A DNA stretch of 63,685 bases, filler included, from Craspedostauros australis (GCA_030167865.1; 17 parts of 17 records of this genome joined end to end with filler, not necessarily neighbours in it), one strand, 5' to 3'. Shown: positions 47,915 to 60,907, numbered from the whole stretch's first letter. Program-made: numbers and translations. The notes: generated from the letters alone by a model not told the origin.

Positions 47915-50677
47915 TCACATGATGGAACATGCGCACTTGGCCTCCACTTCCTCCGGCTGGTTTCTGGCAATGCTAGCATGCTTGTGTGCGATGGGGCCTT
48001 GGGATGAAATCGAATGATCAACGGATGGAATTGGCTCATCAACAGCCTCCCCCTTCTGCGTCGACTGGCTAGCAGCGCCTGTGTAAAGCCACACGGCTGG
48101 TTTCAACGCACCAAGCAGATGGGAAGGGTCCGCCGATCCTGGCACTTCATCCAACCCTTCGGTGATGCAATCGATGACTTCATCGGGATGGACGTACCAT
48201 CGCAAGTGCTCGAAGGCCGGATCCAGCGTTTGGTTGGCGCCACCGTCGCCAACCTCAAGTCCCTTGGAGAGCTTCGCGTACTCCGAGAGCCGAACGGAAT
48301 CACGCCTTGCCATGGCAAGAAGACGGTCTGCCATCCCCATGGTTTGCTTGAGCACATCGGACCAGGATGGTGGTGACGATGGCGAACAATCGCACCCCTT
48401 TGCCTGCGTTTGCGTGGACGCTCCCATCGTGAAGTCAGCCAAGGTGTGGGTCGAGCTGTTGCCACCTTGCATCACATCGCCGCTGGCGTGTCGCCAGATG
48501 CCGGTTCGAAGATTGCATCGGTACTGTGGCAGGAACATCCATCCGTGATGGGCAACCCATTGGATGGCTTGGATGACGTAGTCCACCTGGACCGACGACA
48601 ATCCCTTGAAAGGCAGCGACAGCCTTGTGAATCCTGGTCGCAGCAGCTCGGCCCCTCCGTCGGCAGATATCAAGGCCGCTTCAACTGGATCGTCCGTGTC
48701 GACAGGGCAGCAGATGCGTCCCATGCCATGGCCGTTTGGCATCCCGAGGAGCTCCTGGGCGTACGGTCCTGCGCACTGGCAACCTCCACGGGACTGGATG
48801 CCAAATACATCGTTCAGCAGAGCTGACACGAAGTTGTAGTGCAGGAAGCGCGGCCCGCACTTGATGAGGAAGGAGAAGATGGGAAGATGCTTCACGGACG
48901 GGTCGAGGCTGTCATTGACGAGCACCACGTTCGGGATCTTGCGAAGTTCTGCGGCGACCTTGTTGAACGTGGCGAACTCGTACTTCGCCACGGTGGCAGG
49001 GACGGCACTGACGACGCCAGCCGCGTTCTGCTCAGCGGCGAGCTGCTCGTACTTGGTCTCAACTTGGTGTTTCAGGAGCATGGCAAGGCCCACCCTCCAG
49101 ATCCCGACCACGTTTGGCGTCCCACCCTCGTACTTCTCGATGGGGTTGGGGAGGTAGTGATGGCCAGTGGGAGTGACGTAAAACACAGTACCTCCTCCGG
49201 TTCGTCTTGGCCCGCGGCTCGGCTGGAGCAGGGCTTTCTTCAAGATGAGAACGCCTGGAGTGCCGATGCCCCCGATCGTCTTGTGCGGGGCAAAGAAGAT
49301 GGCATCCTTGGCCACAGCAGCAGGCCTGGATGCGAACCTTTCGTCATCGGTCGGGTTCATGTTCATGTGCAGGTACGGAGCGGCTGTGGAGTAATCCCAA
49401 AACGAAAGAGCTCCGTACTTGTGAAGCATGGCCGTCACGGCGTTGGTATCCGTTACGATTCCGGATATGTTGGATGCTGCCGTGAAGGTACCGATCTTGA
49501 GGGCCTTGTGATTTTTATGCTCCTGCAGCAACTGCTCCAATGCAACCATATCGATCTGGCCCCGATCTCCGGGTACGATGATGATATGAGCACCCGATTC
49601 ACGCCATGGAAGAAGGTTGGAATGATGCTCGAATGGCCCGATGAAGACAATCGGGCAGTCTGCGTCAACTTGCATCGGGATCGCTGCATTGTTGCGGCTG
49701 CTGTTGTTCTTCTGCTTGCGCTTGTGGTTCTGCATTTGATTCGCACCAGAGGATGCAGCTTTCTTATACTCGTGCAATCCTAGGCAATCAAGCAAAAGAT
49801 CCACGGCACCTGTTGCCCCACTTCCACTGCGAATGGTAACATCGCGTTATACAAGTGGGCAGGTACGCAATGAAGGTCGGCAAGAGAAGGAATGAAGGAA
49901 GGAGGGGAATGATTTGAAGCACGCATGGTGCGCAGATACGAATCCAACAGGTGTGAGAGCGCCACAACGAAGATGGTCAACAATCTGCAACAAGCTCTGC
50001 TTCTCTTTTATGTTCGCCCTCCACTTGGGCAAGCCTGTGATCGTGACCTGCACCTTCCGCTTCAAGCCAGAATGGGTTGTAACGCGAACAATCAACTCCA
50101 GCATGGATAGATAGGTGGATAGATGCAAGACAATCACAACAACTTACGCAAACAGGACGAGATCGTCACTGCTCCCGCCTTCGATGTTGGCATTCACGGC
50201 CTCTCCCACAATCTTACGCGCCTCGGCGCAGCGAGCTGTTGAGGTTGACCCGGTGATGGATGTCATGGTGTGCGTGTTGCCGTAGTACGGGAGACATGTG
50301 CTCTGCAAGTAACTCTCGATGGACTTCAAGGGACGGTTGGATGCCGTCTGATCGCAGTAGACGAGAGGCAGCGAGACCTTGCAGTCTTGGGATGGCTCAT
50401 CGAAGGGTGACCAGTACATCGTGGGCCCGGATGACGCTGAGCCGGTGGCGGCCTCAGCATCGGCGGCAACGAAGCTCCTCAAGTCTTCCACCGTCGTTGT
50501 ATCGGTCAGTGTTTTGGGGACGGCTGCGGGCACGTTAACTGTGGTGTGCGTGATAGGTGCTGGCACATGCTGAATGATCTGTGCTGAGATTGACTGCTCA
50601 TCCTGAGGCTCGTCGAAGGAGGGGTCCAGGTCGCGGAGACTACCCTGCTTTGTTTCTTCTAAATTGTTGGGCGCCAT
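47915..50677 (-). CDS. Class-V PLP aminotransferase / cysteine desulfurase-like protein. Exons 50677-50148 and 49826-47915
   Basis: VYCDQTAS, YGNTHT, spliced VLFA|GSGATGAV, EHHSNLLPWRE, AASNISG, WDYSTAAPY, APHK (PLP lysine), EGGTPN, SRGGCQCAGPY. Confidence 0.9.
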
Positions 50678-52068
50678 GTTGATGGGATCAATCCTTGATC
50701 TCTTGCGCTGTTGCGTTGCTGTTCGTGGTGGCGGTGATGATGATGGTGATGGTGGCCCGGTTGCTGGTCAGTGTTGGCGAATTATGAGCACAGTGCTTGG
50801 ATTTGGAATGGGCATCAAATAGGCCAGCCGATGAATGAGAGGGAAAATGAAGACGTAAATCCGCTCAACGCTCTGGTGCTATGATCGAACACTCTTTGGC
50901 GCGAGAGCGGGAACAACCTGAATTGCGATTGTGCGCTTTTGGGCTGTTGGGCTGTTGAGTGCGTGAATAGCCCATGGGTGAATTGGGATGACAAGTGACG
51001 CCCCTGTTGTTTCTCCACCAACGCTTTCTGTGTTCGTTGCCAGCATCGTGATCTTCGCTTCGTTTGCGATTGATCGATCTGTCTCCACTCTGTGCAATTT
51101 GTGAACAGCCGCATTCTCATGGTGGCACGGACTGTGGCTTCGCATCCGGAAAGAACTATTCCACTATGACCGAGTTTATGACGGAGAACGAAACTCAGCG
51201 GAACATGACGAGATTTCTTGCTGGCGCGTGTCAAACCGGACATCAAGTTCAAGTGACGACGCAAATCTCAGACGGAGAACGAATGCCACGAGCATCCTTG
51301 GAATTTAACGCGTTGCAACCGGTTTCGAATTTCAGAGACGACATGTCTGATNNNNNNNNNNNNNNNNNNNNNNNNNNNNNNNNNNNNNNNNNNNNTTAAT
51401 TAATTAANNNNNNNNNNNNNNNNNNNNNNNNNNNNNNNNNNNNNNNNNNNNTGGTGAAGGTAGGGCAGCATGATGCCATCGAGAATTTTTCGCACCCACC
51501 ACCTGACACACAGCAAGCCAAAACGACATTAAAAATAAAGTTCATACAAATTTAACTTCGATATTCAGAATAAGCGATAGCCAAGCGTNNNNNNNNNNNN
51601 NNNNNNNNNNNNNNNNNNNNNNNNNNNNNNNNNNNNNNNNNNNNNNNNNNNNNNNNNNNNNNNNNNNNNNNGTGCTCTATTTTAGTCTACTTTATCACGA
51701 CTCATCACGAGTAAAACTCCACAACTAGTGTTATCGTGAACAGTTTACGGTTTGGCGCAGGTCGTACGCTCGTACTATGCAGAGGTCGTATGGTACGTGC
51801 AGTATCCACGACTCATCGAAAGCACTTTGTCGTCCACGATTGGAAGCGCAGCCACACGACCCGCAAAGGCGGCAAATGACGCGTCGACACACAAACAAGG
51901 AAAGAGAAAAGGAAAAGAGGTAGAGAAAGGGTCGAAGAAAGCAGCATTGGGTTGATCATAGAATACCTATTATACTATACCTTGTGACACCAGAGTGCAA
52001 ATGCAATAGAATACCTCACGAGCACATCACAATCGGAGACACATTGAGCCCACACGACAATGACGATG

Positions 52069-52572
52069 ATACTGACGACGACGATGATGAACGTGACGAC
52101 AAGCGCCACGACGATGCCAGCCGAAGTGGCGAACATTGCCAGCAGCAGCAGCACAGCAGATGGCACAACGGAGACGATATACTTCTGGAACTTCGTGTAC
52201 ATATCCATCCTGCTGCTGCTGTTCCTGTGGCCAGAATACGTCGCAAAGCGCTGGAGCGGAGAGAGCTTCGCCCTCACGGCCTGCCTCATGGGACTCTACG
52301 GCATGATGAGCTGCGCGCTCGTCGTCATGAGCTTGGGCCTCACGACCATGACGATCTGGCGATGGTACGAAATTCGGTCATCCTCGATCCGATTCCTGGG
52401 ATTCTTTCCTGGGTTGAGTCTGACGGTGCTGTCGGCATGCCTCATTCTATGGCTGTGGTGGGACACGAAGCGATTGAGGAAGCGACGGCGTCAGCAGCGG
52501 TGGGAAGAGCAGCAGCAATGGATGGCGCACCAACAACAACAGCAGCTTACGTTGCCGTCAGGGAGGATGTAG
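52069..52572 (+). CDS. Small membrane protein (about 3 TM); start uncertain
   Basis: ORF with three hydrophobic stretches and a basic/Gln-rich tail. Confidence 0.55.
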   Translation: MLTTTMMNVTTSATTMPAEVANIASSSSTADGTTETIYFWNFVYISILLLLFLWPEYVAKRWSGESFALTACLMGLYGMMSCALVVMSLGLTTMTIWRWYEIRSSSIRFLGFFPGLSLTVLSACLILWLWWDTKRLRKRRRQQRWEEQQQWMAHQQQQQLTLPSGRM

Positions 52573-52810
52573 GTACTTCGTGGACTGTCGCACATAGTCG
52601 TACTGATGGCAGTACCAATGGTAGTACCAATGCTGTATTGCACAGTATTCTAATACAGTTGCACCATACAATCTATAATACAATACAATGCGATTATGTA
52701 CAATACAATAACTTAGGCATAATAGAGTGCGTTGGCTAGGCTAGGCAGAATCAATGCTCTACGTGGGTCGTACCATACTCGAATCAAGATTGTACCGATC
52801 ACTTTTCACT

Positions 52811-52860
52811 TCATTGACTGATTCACTGACTGATTCACTGACTGACTGACTGATTGACTC
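52811..52860. repeat. (ACTG/ATTC)n simple repeat
   Basis: tcattgactgattcactgactgattcactgactgactgactgattgactc. Confidence 0.8.
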
Positions 52861-52935
52861 ATCCACTTATGCACTCAATCAATTCTCTACACCACTCACA
52901 CTTGCGCTGGCAGTTGTATCAGGCGCGCGCTCTGC

Positions 52936-55115
52936 TTATGTGCGAGGCGGCATGAAATCTCGCTTGATGTTGCGCCATGCGTCCGGGAAGATTTCATCCG
53001 GAATGCCCGGAAAGAATCGAAAGACGTTGGATTGGTACGCATCGCCTGTGTACGCGCGGTTGGCGTAGATGAACGCTTCGCGGGGTTTGTCCACCACGAT
53101 CTCGTACTCAAGGTTGCCTGGATGATCCATCGTGCCATCCGTCACGGCGTCGAAATCCACCTCGTCCAGCTCCTCCTCCGCTTCCAACGTCAAGTTGGCC
53201 GTGTAGAGATGCCTACCATCCTCGATGCGGACGCTCAGAATCTCCGCCTTGTACACTTCTTGGCCGTGCAGTTCCACGTACTTGGTCAAATTGCCGCCCG
53301 ACTCCGCAAAGTCCCGCCAACCCTCGTCGTCATCGAACAGACCATGATACAGGATTTGCAAATGCGATTCGGCGGAATCTCCATACCGCAAAGGCTGCGG
53401 CGGATCCTGCGCATTCAGATCCTCCGGCGACACGTACTGCTGCGCGTTGGACAGCGGCCGCCACCTCGACACGTGATGCCGCCACGCCTTGTCCCACAGA
53501 TCGCCGTAATCCAGAAAGATCTCTTCGTCTGCATCAATGTCGCGCAGCGCGATCAATTCCATCGCCACGTTGGCCGAGTACTGTTCTTCCATCTGCGCCG
53601 GGCTCATCTGCAGCACGGAGGCGTTGTGGTTGCTGCGGTGCGGCGCGGCCCATTGCAGCCTGACGTTGGCCTGCGTCTGATTGTGATTGACCATGCCGCT
53701 CATGGGGCCGTACGGGCACAGCAGCACGGTGGAATCCTTGTTGCCGAAGCAGTAATTGAACATTAGCTGGAAGGATCGTGGTTTGACTCCCTTGATCTTG
53801 GTCCAGATCGGTTCGCCCGTGCGAAAGTACTTGCCGACGCCCAGTTCGTACATGTACAGCATGGACCGCGATGGCACCGGGATCATGGGCAAGGGCAGGA
53901 CGACCGAATCCTTTGGCAGCAACCTGCGTGCGAAGGCGCCATATCCGGCCTGCCGTATCGTCGATTCCTTTTGGTACAGGTGGTCGGCGCAGGCACCATT
54001 CTGCAAGAACCAGTCCTGCGATCGGTGCGCCTGGTGCCGTTTGTACTGTTGGATCGAATCATGATCGTCGACGATCTGCTGGTACTCGTCGTACGTCTGC
54101 GGAATGACGGCCAGCAATCCGGATTCCCATTCCTGCACCATGCCTGGCAAGAACGTGGTCCACAGATCATTCCACATATCCCGCGCCGCTGCGCTGTTTC
54201 GTTTTGTCATGTAGCCGTCTCGCAAGGATTCATAACGATTCGTCAACTCATCGGCAGCATGGATCTCACCATCATCAGGGATCGCACCGAACTTGTACTT
54301 GCGACTCGAGAACCTGTATCGTGCGAGTGCGTACGAGTATGGTCGCGTGACACAAATCGAACGCGGATGGAACAGAATAGAGTGTTAGGTGCACCATCGT
54401 GATAGTCACCCCCGAGCTCCAGCTCCAGCTGCATCCCATCCCATCCCACACATCACACATCCACAGAAATGGCAACAAACGACGACAAGCAGCCCACTCA
54501 ACTCCGCACCACCCTCACATACCAATCCGGCCCGTAACTCAAAAACAGCTCATCACCGGCCTTCACGGTCTCGATAACCTGCGTGCGCCGATCGCCGTCA
54601 TACGACATGGCGCCGGCACCGGGATCCGCGGCACGATGCAACCGCGTGCGATGCTGCGCATTGCCCAATTCGACGTTGATGAGATCGGCATGCGAGTTCG
54701 TGACGGATCCCATCCCGATCGATGCCACGCTGGTTCTCGTCAGACCGACGCCATCGTGATGGTTGACGTTGATGGCGTCGGGCGACCACGTGTATTCGTC
54801 CCACAGGAAGCTGTACGCCCCCTTGTCGATGTTGTGCAGCTCCATGTCGACGACCGGGATGAGGAGGTCGGGGCTATCCTGCAGCAGGATGTCTCCCTTG
54901 CGGTAGTCCCGGCCGGCGAAGACGCCCAATCCAGCGCCAGGCACCGTGGATTGGGCCAACCAGACGCCGCATTCGTAGCGTGGATCGTACTCTCGTTCCT
55001 GTCCATTGCCATCCACGGTCGCAGCCACGCCAGCAACAGCAACAGCAACAGCGGTAGTTATGAGGATGGCATGAATGCCACCGACAGTCCGAAGCAATGC
55101 AGGAAGGAATGACAT
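52936..55115 (-). CDS. Signal-peptide-bearing tandem SET-domain protein. Exons 55115-54523 and 54313-52936
   Basis: SET 1: LAQSTVPGAGLGVFAG..TNSH..VKAGDELFLSYGPDW. SET 2: ESTIRQAGYGAFA..MVNHN..ALRDIDADEEIFLDYG. Hydrophobic N-terminus; phase-2 GT-AG intron. Confidence 0.85.
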
Positions 55116-55271
55116 TGCTCCACCGCAGTTGCAACACTCTGCTGAGGGTGAGTAGAGTACGAGTACGAGCGTGAAGCAGAGTTATGATCTTTGCGACAAC
55201 GCAGATTCGTTTGTGCCCAACGCCAATTTCAATTTGACCGTTACTAACCGTTATATTATGCGCGCCAATCC

Positions 55272-57932
55272 TCACGACAACAAATGCACCTGCTCACTAT
55301 CCGGCGCATTTTCTTGGGCATTTTCATCACCGACGCTTGCATCCTCGTACGTGAAGAGCTGTGGTGGAGGTTTCTTCAGATTGTAGTACGATCCAGGGCT
55401 GATGCCTTCGCTGGATGGAATGCCGTACGGCGATTCGAATTCTCCGTAATCCATGAGGAAGCGTTCCTCTTCGGTCATGTTGCTGGTGTCCACGTTCATA
55501 TCGACCAATGACGGGTTGCGGCTGTGCTTCTTCTTGGGCTTGAGTCTCGGCTTTGGTCTGTTCTGTGGTTGCTTCGGTTCCTTGTTGTTCGTTTGCGACG
55601 ATGGATCCTTGGGCGGCAGTCGCAACGGCGGCGATGGTGAAGGCAAGGACATTGCCGACGGCGATAGGGATGCTTTGAAGTGATGCGGCAATTCGAGCTG
55701 ATTTCTCGCTTTGAGGCTGTCATCCATGGACAGATCGCTGGCTCTGTGCGGCAAGGGGAACGAATTCACAATCGTCACGGGTCTCGCATCATCGCTCTCT
55801 GCATGCTCCTTGTGCGTTGGCATCTGCTCCACGCCGCGTCCCACATGGCGGGCATCAATCTCCTGGATCGGTGCGGGTGGCTGCGACCTTGGTGAATTGG
55901 GAATTGCGCCATCCGAGAGCGGCATCTCCGTGCGCTTCAGCTTTGACTGCTTCATAGCGGAAGGCACCTTGCTGGCACTGACTGTGCGCGACTGACTCGG
56001 CACGGGCGGAGCAAAGGTATCGGTGCCGCTGCCACTTCCTTCACCAAAGGCCGATGGCGTGGAGCCCACGCTGCCACTTCCGCTGTTTTGCAACCATTGC
56101 TCCAAAGACGATGTGCTGACGTTGGCCACGGTAGATCGCATCGGCGTGGGAGAAGGGATTGGAGGGACGTTGCTCGATTCACCGCTGGTGGTGCTGTTTG
56201 CGGTCATCGGGGATGAGGCACCCGAGACATCCGTCGTCATACTGCGGCTTCGGCTGACTTGACGTGGTAGCGCCGGTCGCATCATCATTGGTGGTGGTGG
56301 TGGCGGCGGCGGTGGTGGGGAACGCCGTGGATTGACCTGCCTGGAAATTGCCTTGTTGACGGCATCCGCAGCCATGACCAGGCTCGCTCTATCGAAATTG
56401 CCTCGCTCCATATCGTCGTCGTCGTTGGTATTGCGCACATCGTAAGTGTTTTTGCTCAGTGCAGATTTTGCTGCTGTCTTATTGCAGGTGTCGCTGTTCT
56501 TAGTTTCTGGTCTGCCAGCCTGCTGTCTCACCATGTCTCGGACCAAGCCCACTCTAGTTGCGTACCCTTCCTCTTCGTCGGCGAAACGTACCAAGGAATC
56601 GGCACGGCGGCGGTACGGGGTATCCGCATCCTCCGGGATCCCGTGCATCATGTGTCTGTCGCCGTTGTTGTGATTGTTGTGATTGTTGGGTGCATGATTA
56701 TGGACAGGGTTGCTGGAGGAGCTGTGCGCCGAGGAGAAGCTCCCGCTGCTGCTGCTGCTGCGATTGGATGACATGACGCCCTGGCTGAGATGGTAGTAGA
56801 GATCGTCCTGCGATGGGTACATCTGATCGATGGAGGCCTGCTTCTTGCGGTACTGGCGCGTGATACTGGTGTTGTGCGCCAGATTGGCCGTGGCCTTGTT
56901 GAGCAGGTTGGTGTGCAGGGTGTGCGGCAAGAGCGACTGCTCGAAGTTGTGCTCGAATATCTTGGTCGTCCCCATGGCACCCGTGTGCATGATGATGCGT
57001 CCGAAGGCCGAGAATGCTGCCACCACGTGGACCAGGAGGAAGATGGAGACCGTGAGGAGGGAGAGCGACCAGAAGCCGACGGGAAGCAGCAGGAAGAAGA
57101 ATAGCCAGAACGACACGAGGAAGGAGTAGATGGAGCAGACGATGAACCTGCCCGGCAATTCCGCCGCGTACTGGCCGATGGAGGAACGGAAGATGCAATG
57201 GGCGTTGTTCTCGTCGACCGCGTTGACCATGGCCCATGCCGTGAAGGTGGAGAGCAAGCCGAGGATGGTGAGGAGGGCGGAGATGAGGAGCATGAATCCC
57301 GCGTAGAATTCCACCGAGTGATGGTTGCCCGCCTGCAGCTGCATTCGCATGTTGGTCGTGAGCGGAGCCGAATTGAAGAGCACCCCTAATTCCGTGGAAA
57401 GGAGCAGCGACATGAATACCATGTTGCTGGCATAGCGCTGCGTCATGTAGGTGCGCAGATCCTTGCCGCTCTCCATGGCCCAGGCAAGATGACGACGCCA
57501 GATGCTGAAATGGTCGACCGTGACGAAGTACTCCCTCGGTTTGATGAGCACGAGCAGGGACCGCCACGTGTTGGAGGTGACATCGCGACGCGTGTCGACG
57601 CTGGATGTGCGCTGCTTCAACGGCAAAGGCCTTCGCTTGGATGCTTTCAACGCCGACGATACGGAAGTGGCGATGGCAGATGCAGGTGTGTACGGCGCTC
57701 TCCTGGCAGATGCCATGGGCGTTGCAAAGCCGTTGGCCGATCGCGATGAGGTCCGTGCGCAGTCGGAATCGGGCGTCGACGTTGCTGAAGTCGAAGTCGA
57801 GGCCGTCGTCGAAGCGGATATCGTCGATCCGTACTCCGATCGGTTGTGAATAGCAGCCGTGGAAGCGCTGCTCATGCTGCTGCCGCTGCCGCTGCGTGCG
57901 TTGCGGTTCAGTGCCGTTTCTGCGCTTGTCAT
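55272..57932 (-). CDS. Hypothetical 886-aa protein with a central 3-4 TM domain and long Ser/Pro-rich tails
   Basis: Single long ATG ORF; TM block from YASNMVFMSLLLS to AFSAFGRIIMHTG. Confidence 0.8.
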   Translation of the reverse strand: MTSAETALNRNARSGSGSSMSSASTAAIHNRSEYGSTISASTTASTSTSATSTPDSDCARTSSRSANGFATPMASARRAPYTPASAIATSVSSALKASKRRPLPLKQRTSSVDTRRDVTSNTWRSLLVLIKPREYFVTVDHFSIWRRHLAWAMESGKDLRTYMTQRYASNMVFMSLLLSTELGVLFNSAPLTTNMRMQLQAGNHHSVEFYAGFMLLISALLTILGLLSTFTAWAMVNAVDENNAHCIFRSSIGQYAAELPGRFIVCSIYSFLVSFWLFFFLLLPVGFWSLSLLTVSIFLLVHVVAAFSAFGRIIMHTGAMGTTKIFEHNFEQSLLPHTLHTNLLNKATANLAHNTSITRQYRKKQASIDQMYPSQDDLYYHLSQGVMSSNRSSSSSGSFSSAHSSSSNPVHNHAPNNHNNHNNGDRHMMHGIPEDADTPYRRRADSLVRFADEEEGYATRVGLVRDMVRQQAGRPETKNSDTCNKTAAKSALSKNTYDVRNTNDDDDMERGNFDRASLVMAADAVNKAISRQVNPRRSPPPPPPPPPPMMMRPALPRQVSRSRSMTTDVSGASSPMTANSTTSGESSNVPPIPSPTPMRSTVANVSTSSLEQWLQNSGSGSVGSTPSAFGEGSGSGTDTFAPPVPSQSRTVSASKVPSAMKQSKLKRTEMPLSDGAIPNSPRSQPPAPIQEIDARHVGRGVEQMPTHKEHAESDDARPVTIVNSFPLPHRASDLSMDDSLKARNQLELPHHFKASLSPSAMSLPSPSPPLRLPPKDPSSQTNNKEPKQPQNRPKPRLKPKKKHSRNPSLVDMNVDTSNMTEEERFLMDYGEFESPYGIPSSEGISPGSYYNLKKPPPQLFTYEDASVGDENAQENAPDSEQVHLLS

Positions 57933-58166
57933 TGTTGACAGTTGTGCTTGTCTCTATCTTTGCCTTTGCCTTTTGCCTCTGTGCTTGCAATGCAACGTAA
58001 TTCAGTTGTATTCAAAGCTGTTGAATGCCAAAGCAAGCAACAACGACAGCAGCGATGTCTGTTCAAACAACCCGTCCGTCTTTTGCTTCCTGATGTCTTT
58101 TGATGAGTGGCAGATTCAGCAGAGCCGCGGAAGTGCTGCAGAAGCGGCAACGGTGATGATTCTGTG

Positions 58167-58196
58167 CAACGCAACGTAACGTAACGTAACGCAACG
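58167..58196. repeat. (AACGT/AACGC)n pentamer microsatellite
   Basis: caacgcaacgtaacgtaacgtaacgcaacg. Confidence 0.8.
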
Positions 58197-59838
58197 TGAA
58201 TGACGGTCAACTGATGGCTTGATCGCGATGGTGGATGCCGGAATGGATGACCAATGCTGCTTGACGTACAGCGGAATCAGTGACGGAATTGCGGAGTTGC
58301 ACACGATCGTGGGATACCTTTGATTTGGGAATCGAGTGGACGCCGAACTGGTGACGCTCTTCCTGGTGCAACTGGACTTGTGGATGCACGATCAGATCGT
58401 GTTGTGAGAATACAATAATATTGCAATCGAGTACTCCGGTTGTATTATGCGATTATGACACAGGTGTGGTTCCGATCTCGTTTGTTGGTGTAATCGGTAT
58501 TATACCCAGCGCGCTTGGTGTGGCAGCGGAGGATCGGAGGATGTCTCCTGGTTCTTGCTTTGGGTTCCTCTTTTGGCCACCGGGGGTGACGGATCCATGT
58601 GTGGTGATGATGGTGGGTGTCATTGCAACTTTGACGATGGTCGGAGCAGCAGCGCATCTGCGTCATTCTTGATGTTGTGCCAAATCGTGAGCCGTGTGTC
58701 ACACATGCAGAGTTTGAAATACGAATCATGTGGATCTGCAACAAGTGGCGTTTTCAGTACTTGTCAGTATCGATTGTATGCCAAGAGACGATCGTTGAGG
58801 AGGTAGAACCATCGAAGTCAACTCCGACAGACAAGAGCTTGGCCATCCAGTCGTTCATGACTCGTCCGATACAAACAACCAATCGCTTCGTCTTCGTTTC
58901 AGACGTGGTTGAAGGAGTCGTGGATACTGTGTTGCGCGTAGTTTTGGCCACGGTGCGAACCTGTGATTTTGTCGGATGCGACAAGCGATTGCCGTTGTGA
59001 TAGCTCATTGCACGTGTCGTTCCCAACGGATCAGTCCGGTCTGTGTACTCGCACTCTGAGTTTTGCCGGAATCATCAAGTCTCACTCGCATCAAGGCATC
59101 GCAAACGTACGATGGAACAAGGTCGATGCAACCACCCCCTGCATCGGCACTGAGCGTGCAGTGGAGTGGAGTGGAGCTGAGTAATCTACTCTGCATGCAA
59201 AGAACGTCTGTGCCAACGGATGACCCCAAGTGTGCTCACAGCACGAGATAGAGAGAGGAGGGAGAATACTCAACTTCGACCGTGGGCATCGACGAACAAA
59301 GTTGATGAATTTAGAGTAGTTCTTTGGGCAATCCCATGATTGCGCGATGGTGAAGATCACATGCACTTCATGGTGGCTTGCAATGGCGCGTAGCTCGCCA
59401 AGCGCAGTAAGTTCATTATTTATCTGGGCTCCCAAGACACCATCGTGCAACGTTGCCATGGCAAAGACATTTTGCATCAAAACAATTGGGTCACTTCTAG
59501 ATATAATTGACTGGTTGATACAGCCGACCCATACGACTCCAGGGCATCATCCGCAGGAAGAAGACGGGACACACAGCGGGAATGCAAACCATGTGCATCA
59601 CCCCGCAATGGAGACTCAAACTTAACGTTTATAACGGCCACACATGGGCCATATCCCTAAGTAAGGACAATTCGAACCATGTGCGACAACGGCCATTTGA
59701 TGGCAATGCGGAGCTCACAAAATGATCACCCGCAGCGANNNNNNNNNNNNNNNNNNNNNNNNNNNNNNNNNNNNNNNNNNNNTTAATTAATTAANNNNNN
59801 NNNNNNNNNNNNNNNNNNNNNNNNNNNNNNNNNNNNNN

Positions 59839-60309
59839 GTCGTAGAAGTAGCGCGTCTGCAGCCAGTGGGTGACGAAGCCAAACATGTGGATGCCGATCA
59901 TGGCCCAATTGAACCAGCGCATCTGGGGGGAGTACCGCTTTGGCCTGTTCTGGCGCATGTAGGCGATGAGCAGCCAGGTGGCGGTCTGATGGATGGCGTA
60001 TCCCGTCCAGGCCGTGGCGAACGACCACTGGGTGGGCTGCTGCAGCCTCCATGGGTACTGGAGGGCTCTGGTGTGGCCGACGATCGGGTAGGATTCCAGA
60101 TGCGATGCCGTCAGCGCGATGATGGCGGTGAGGCTGCATGACAGCGTCATGATCTTTGCGTACAGTGGAAAGAGTGACGATGATCGAGGCTTGGAGGGCA
60201 TCATTGTTGGTGCGGATGCCGCTGTTGGTGATGATGTTGGTGGTGGTGGTGTTGAAGTCGATGCTGCCGATGATGGCACTGTCGAGACTGACGTCATGGT
60301 GATGGTCAT
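59839..60309 (-). CDS. Membrane protein, 3'-truncated
   Basis: YPWRL..TAWTGYAIHQ..W..HWLQTRYFYD; three TM segments before the contig edge. Confidence 0.65.
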
Positions 60310-60839
60310 GGTGTTGATGCTCGTCTGCGTGCTTGTGTAGTATGCTGGAAGTGGTTGGGCGGTGTTTCAGGATGCTTTTGTGAAGAGGATGACGATGGAG
60401 TGATGAAGTATGTGAAGTGGAGTTGAGGTTTGATGATTTTGATGTTTTGATGTTTTGGTGAATCGATTTTGTGTCTGTCTCTGCATCATCTCCATCAAGC
60501 AGTCTCAGTGGCATCACGTTTGAGTGCAGCTGTTAGCTCCAGACGGCAGAATTTCCGCCAAGAGGTTGCAGTGGGACAAACACGAACTTCGTAATCGGAG
60601 TCAACATATTCTTGCGTTCCCGGGTCTTTTTCGCTTTGCGCCGACTTCCCTCTTCTCCGTGTCTGGACCATGGGTCGAAACACCACTCCAGGGGACACTC
60701 GGCAGAAAGTCTGGATTCCATTCAACCTATCATACGTTAAGTAAGTTAGTATCATGACATTATCCTCCAGTCATTCAAAGTTGTTGCGTTTGGCGTCAAT
60801 TACCCCCTTTACAAAACCTTGGGTCGCAACAGAGAAACT

Positions 60840-60907
60840 CCCGACATTCCCGACAAAGCACCCGACATTCTCGACATTCCCGACATTACCGACATTACCG
60901 ACAAAGC
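60840..60907. repeat. Imperfect 9-bp tandem repeat CCGACATT(C/A)
   Basis: ccgacattc-ccgacaaagca-cccgacattc-tcgacattc-ccgacatta-ccgacatta-ccgacaaagc. Confidence 0.8.
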
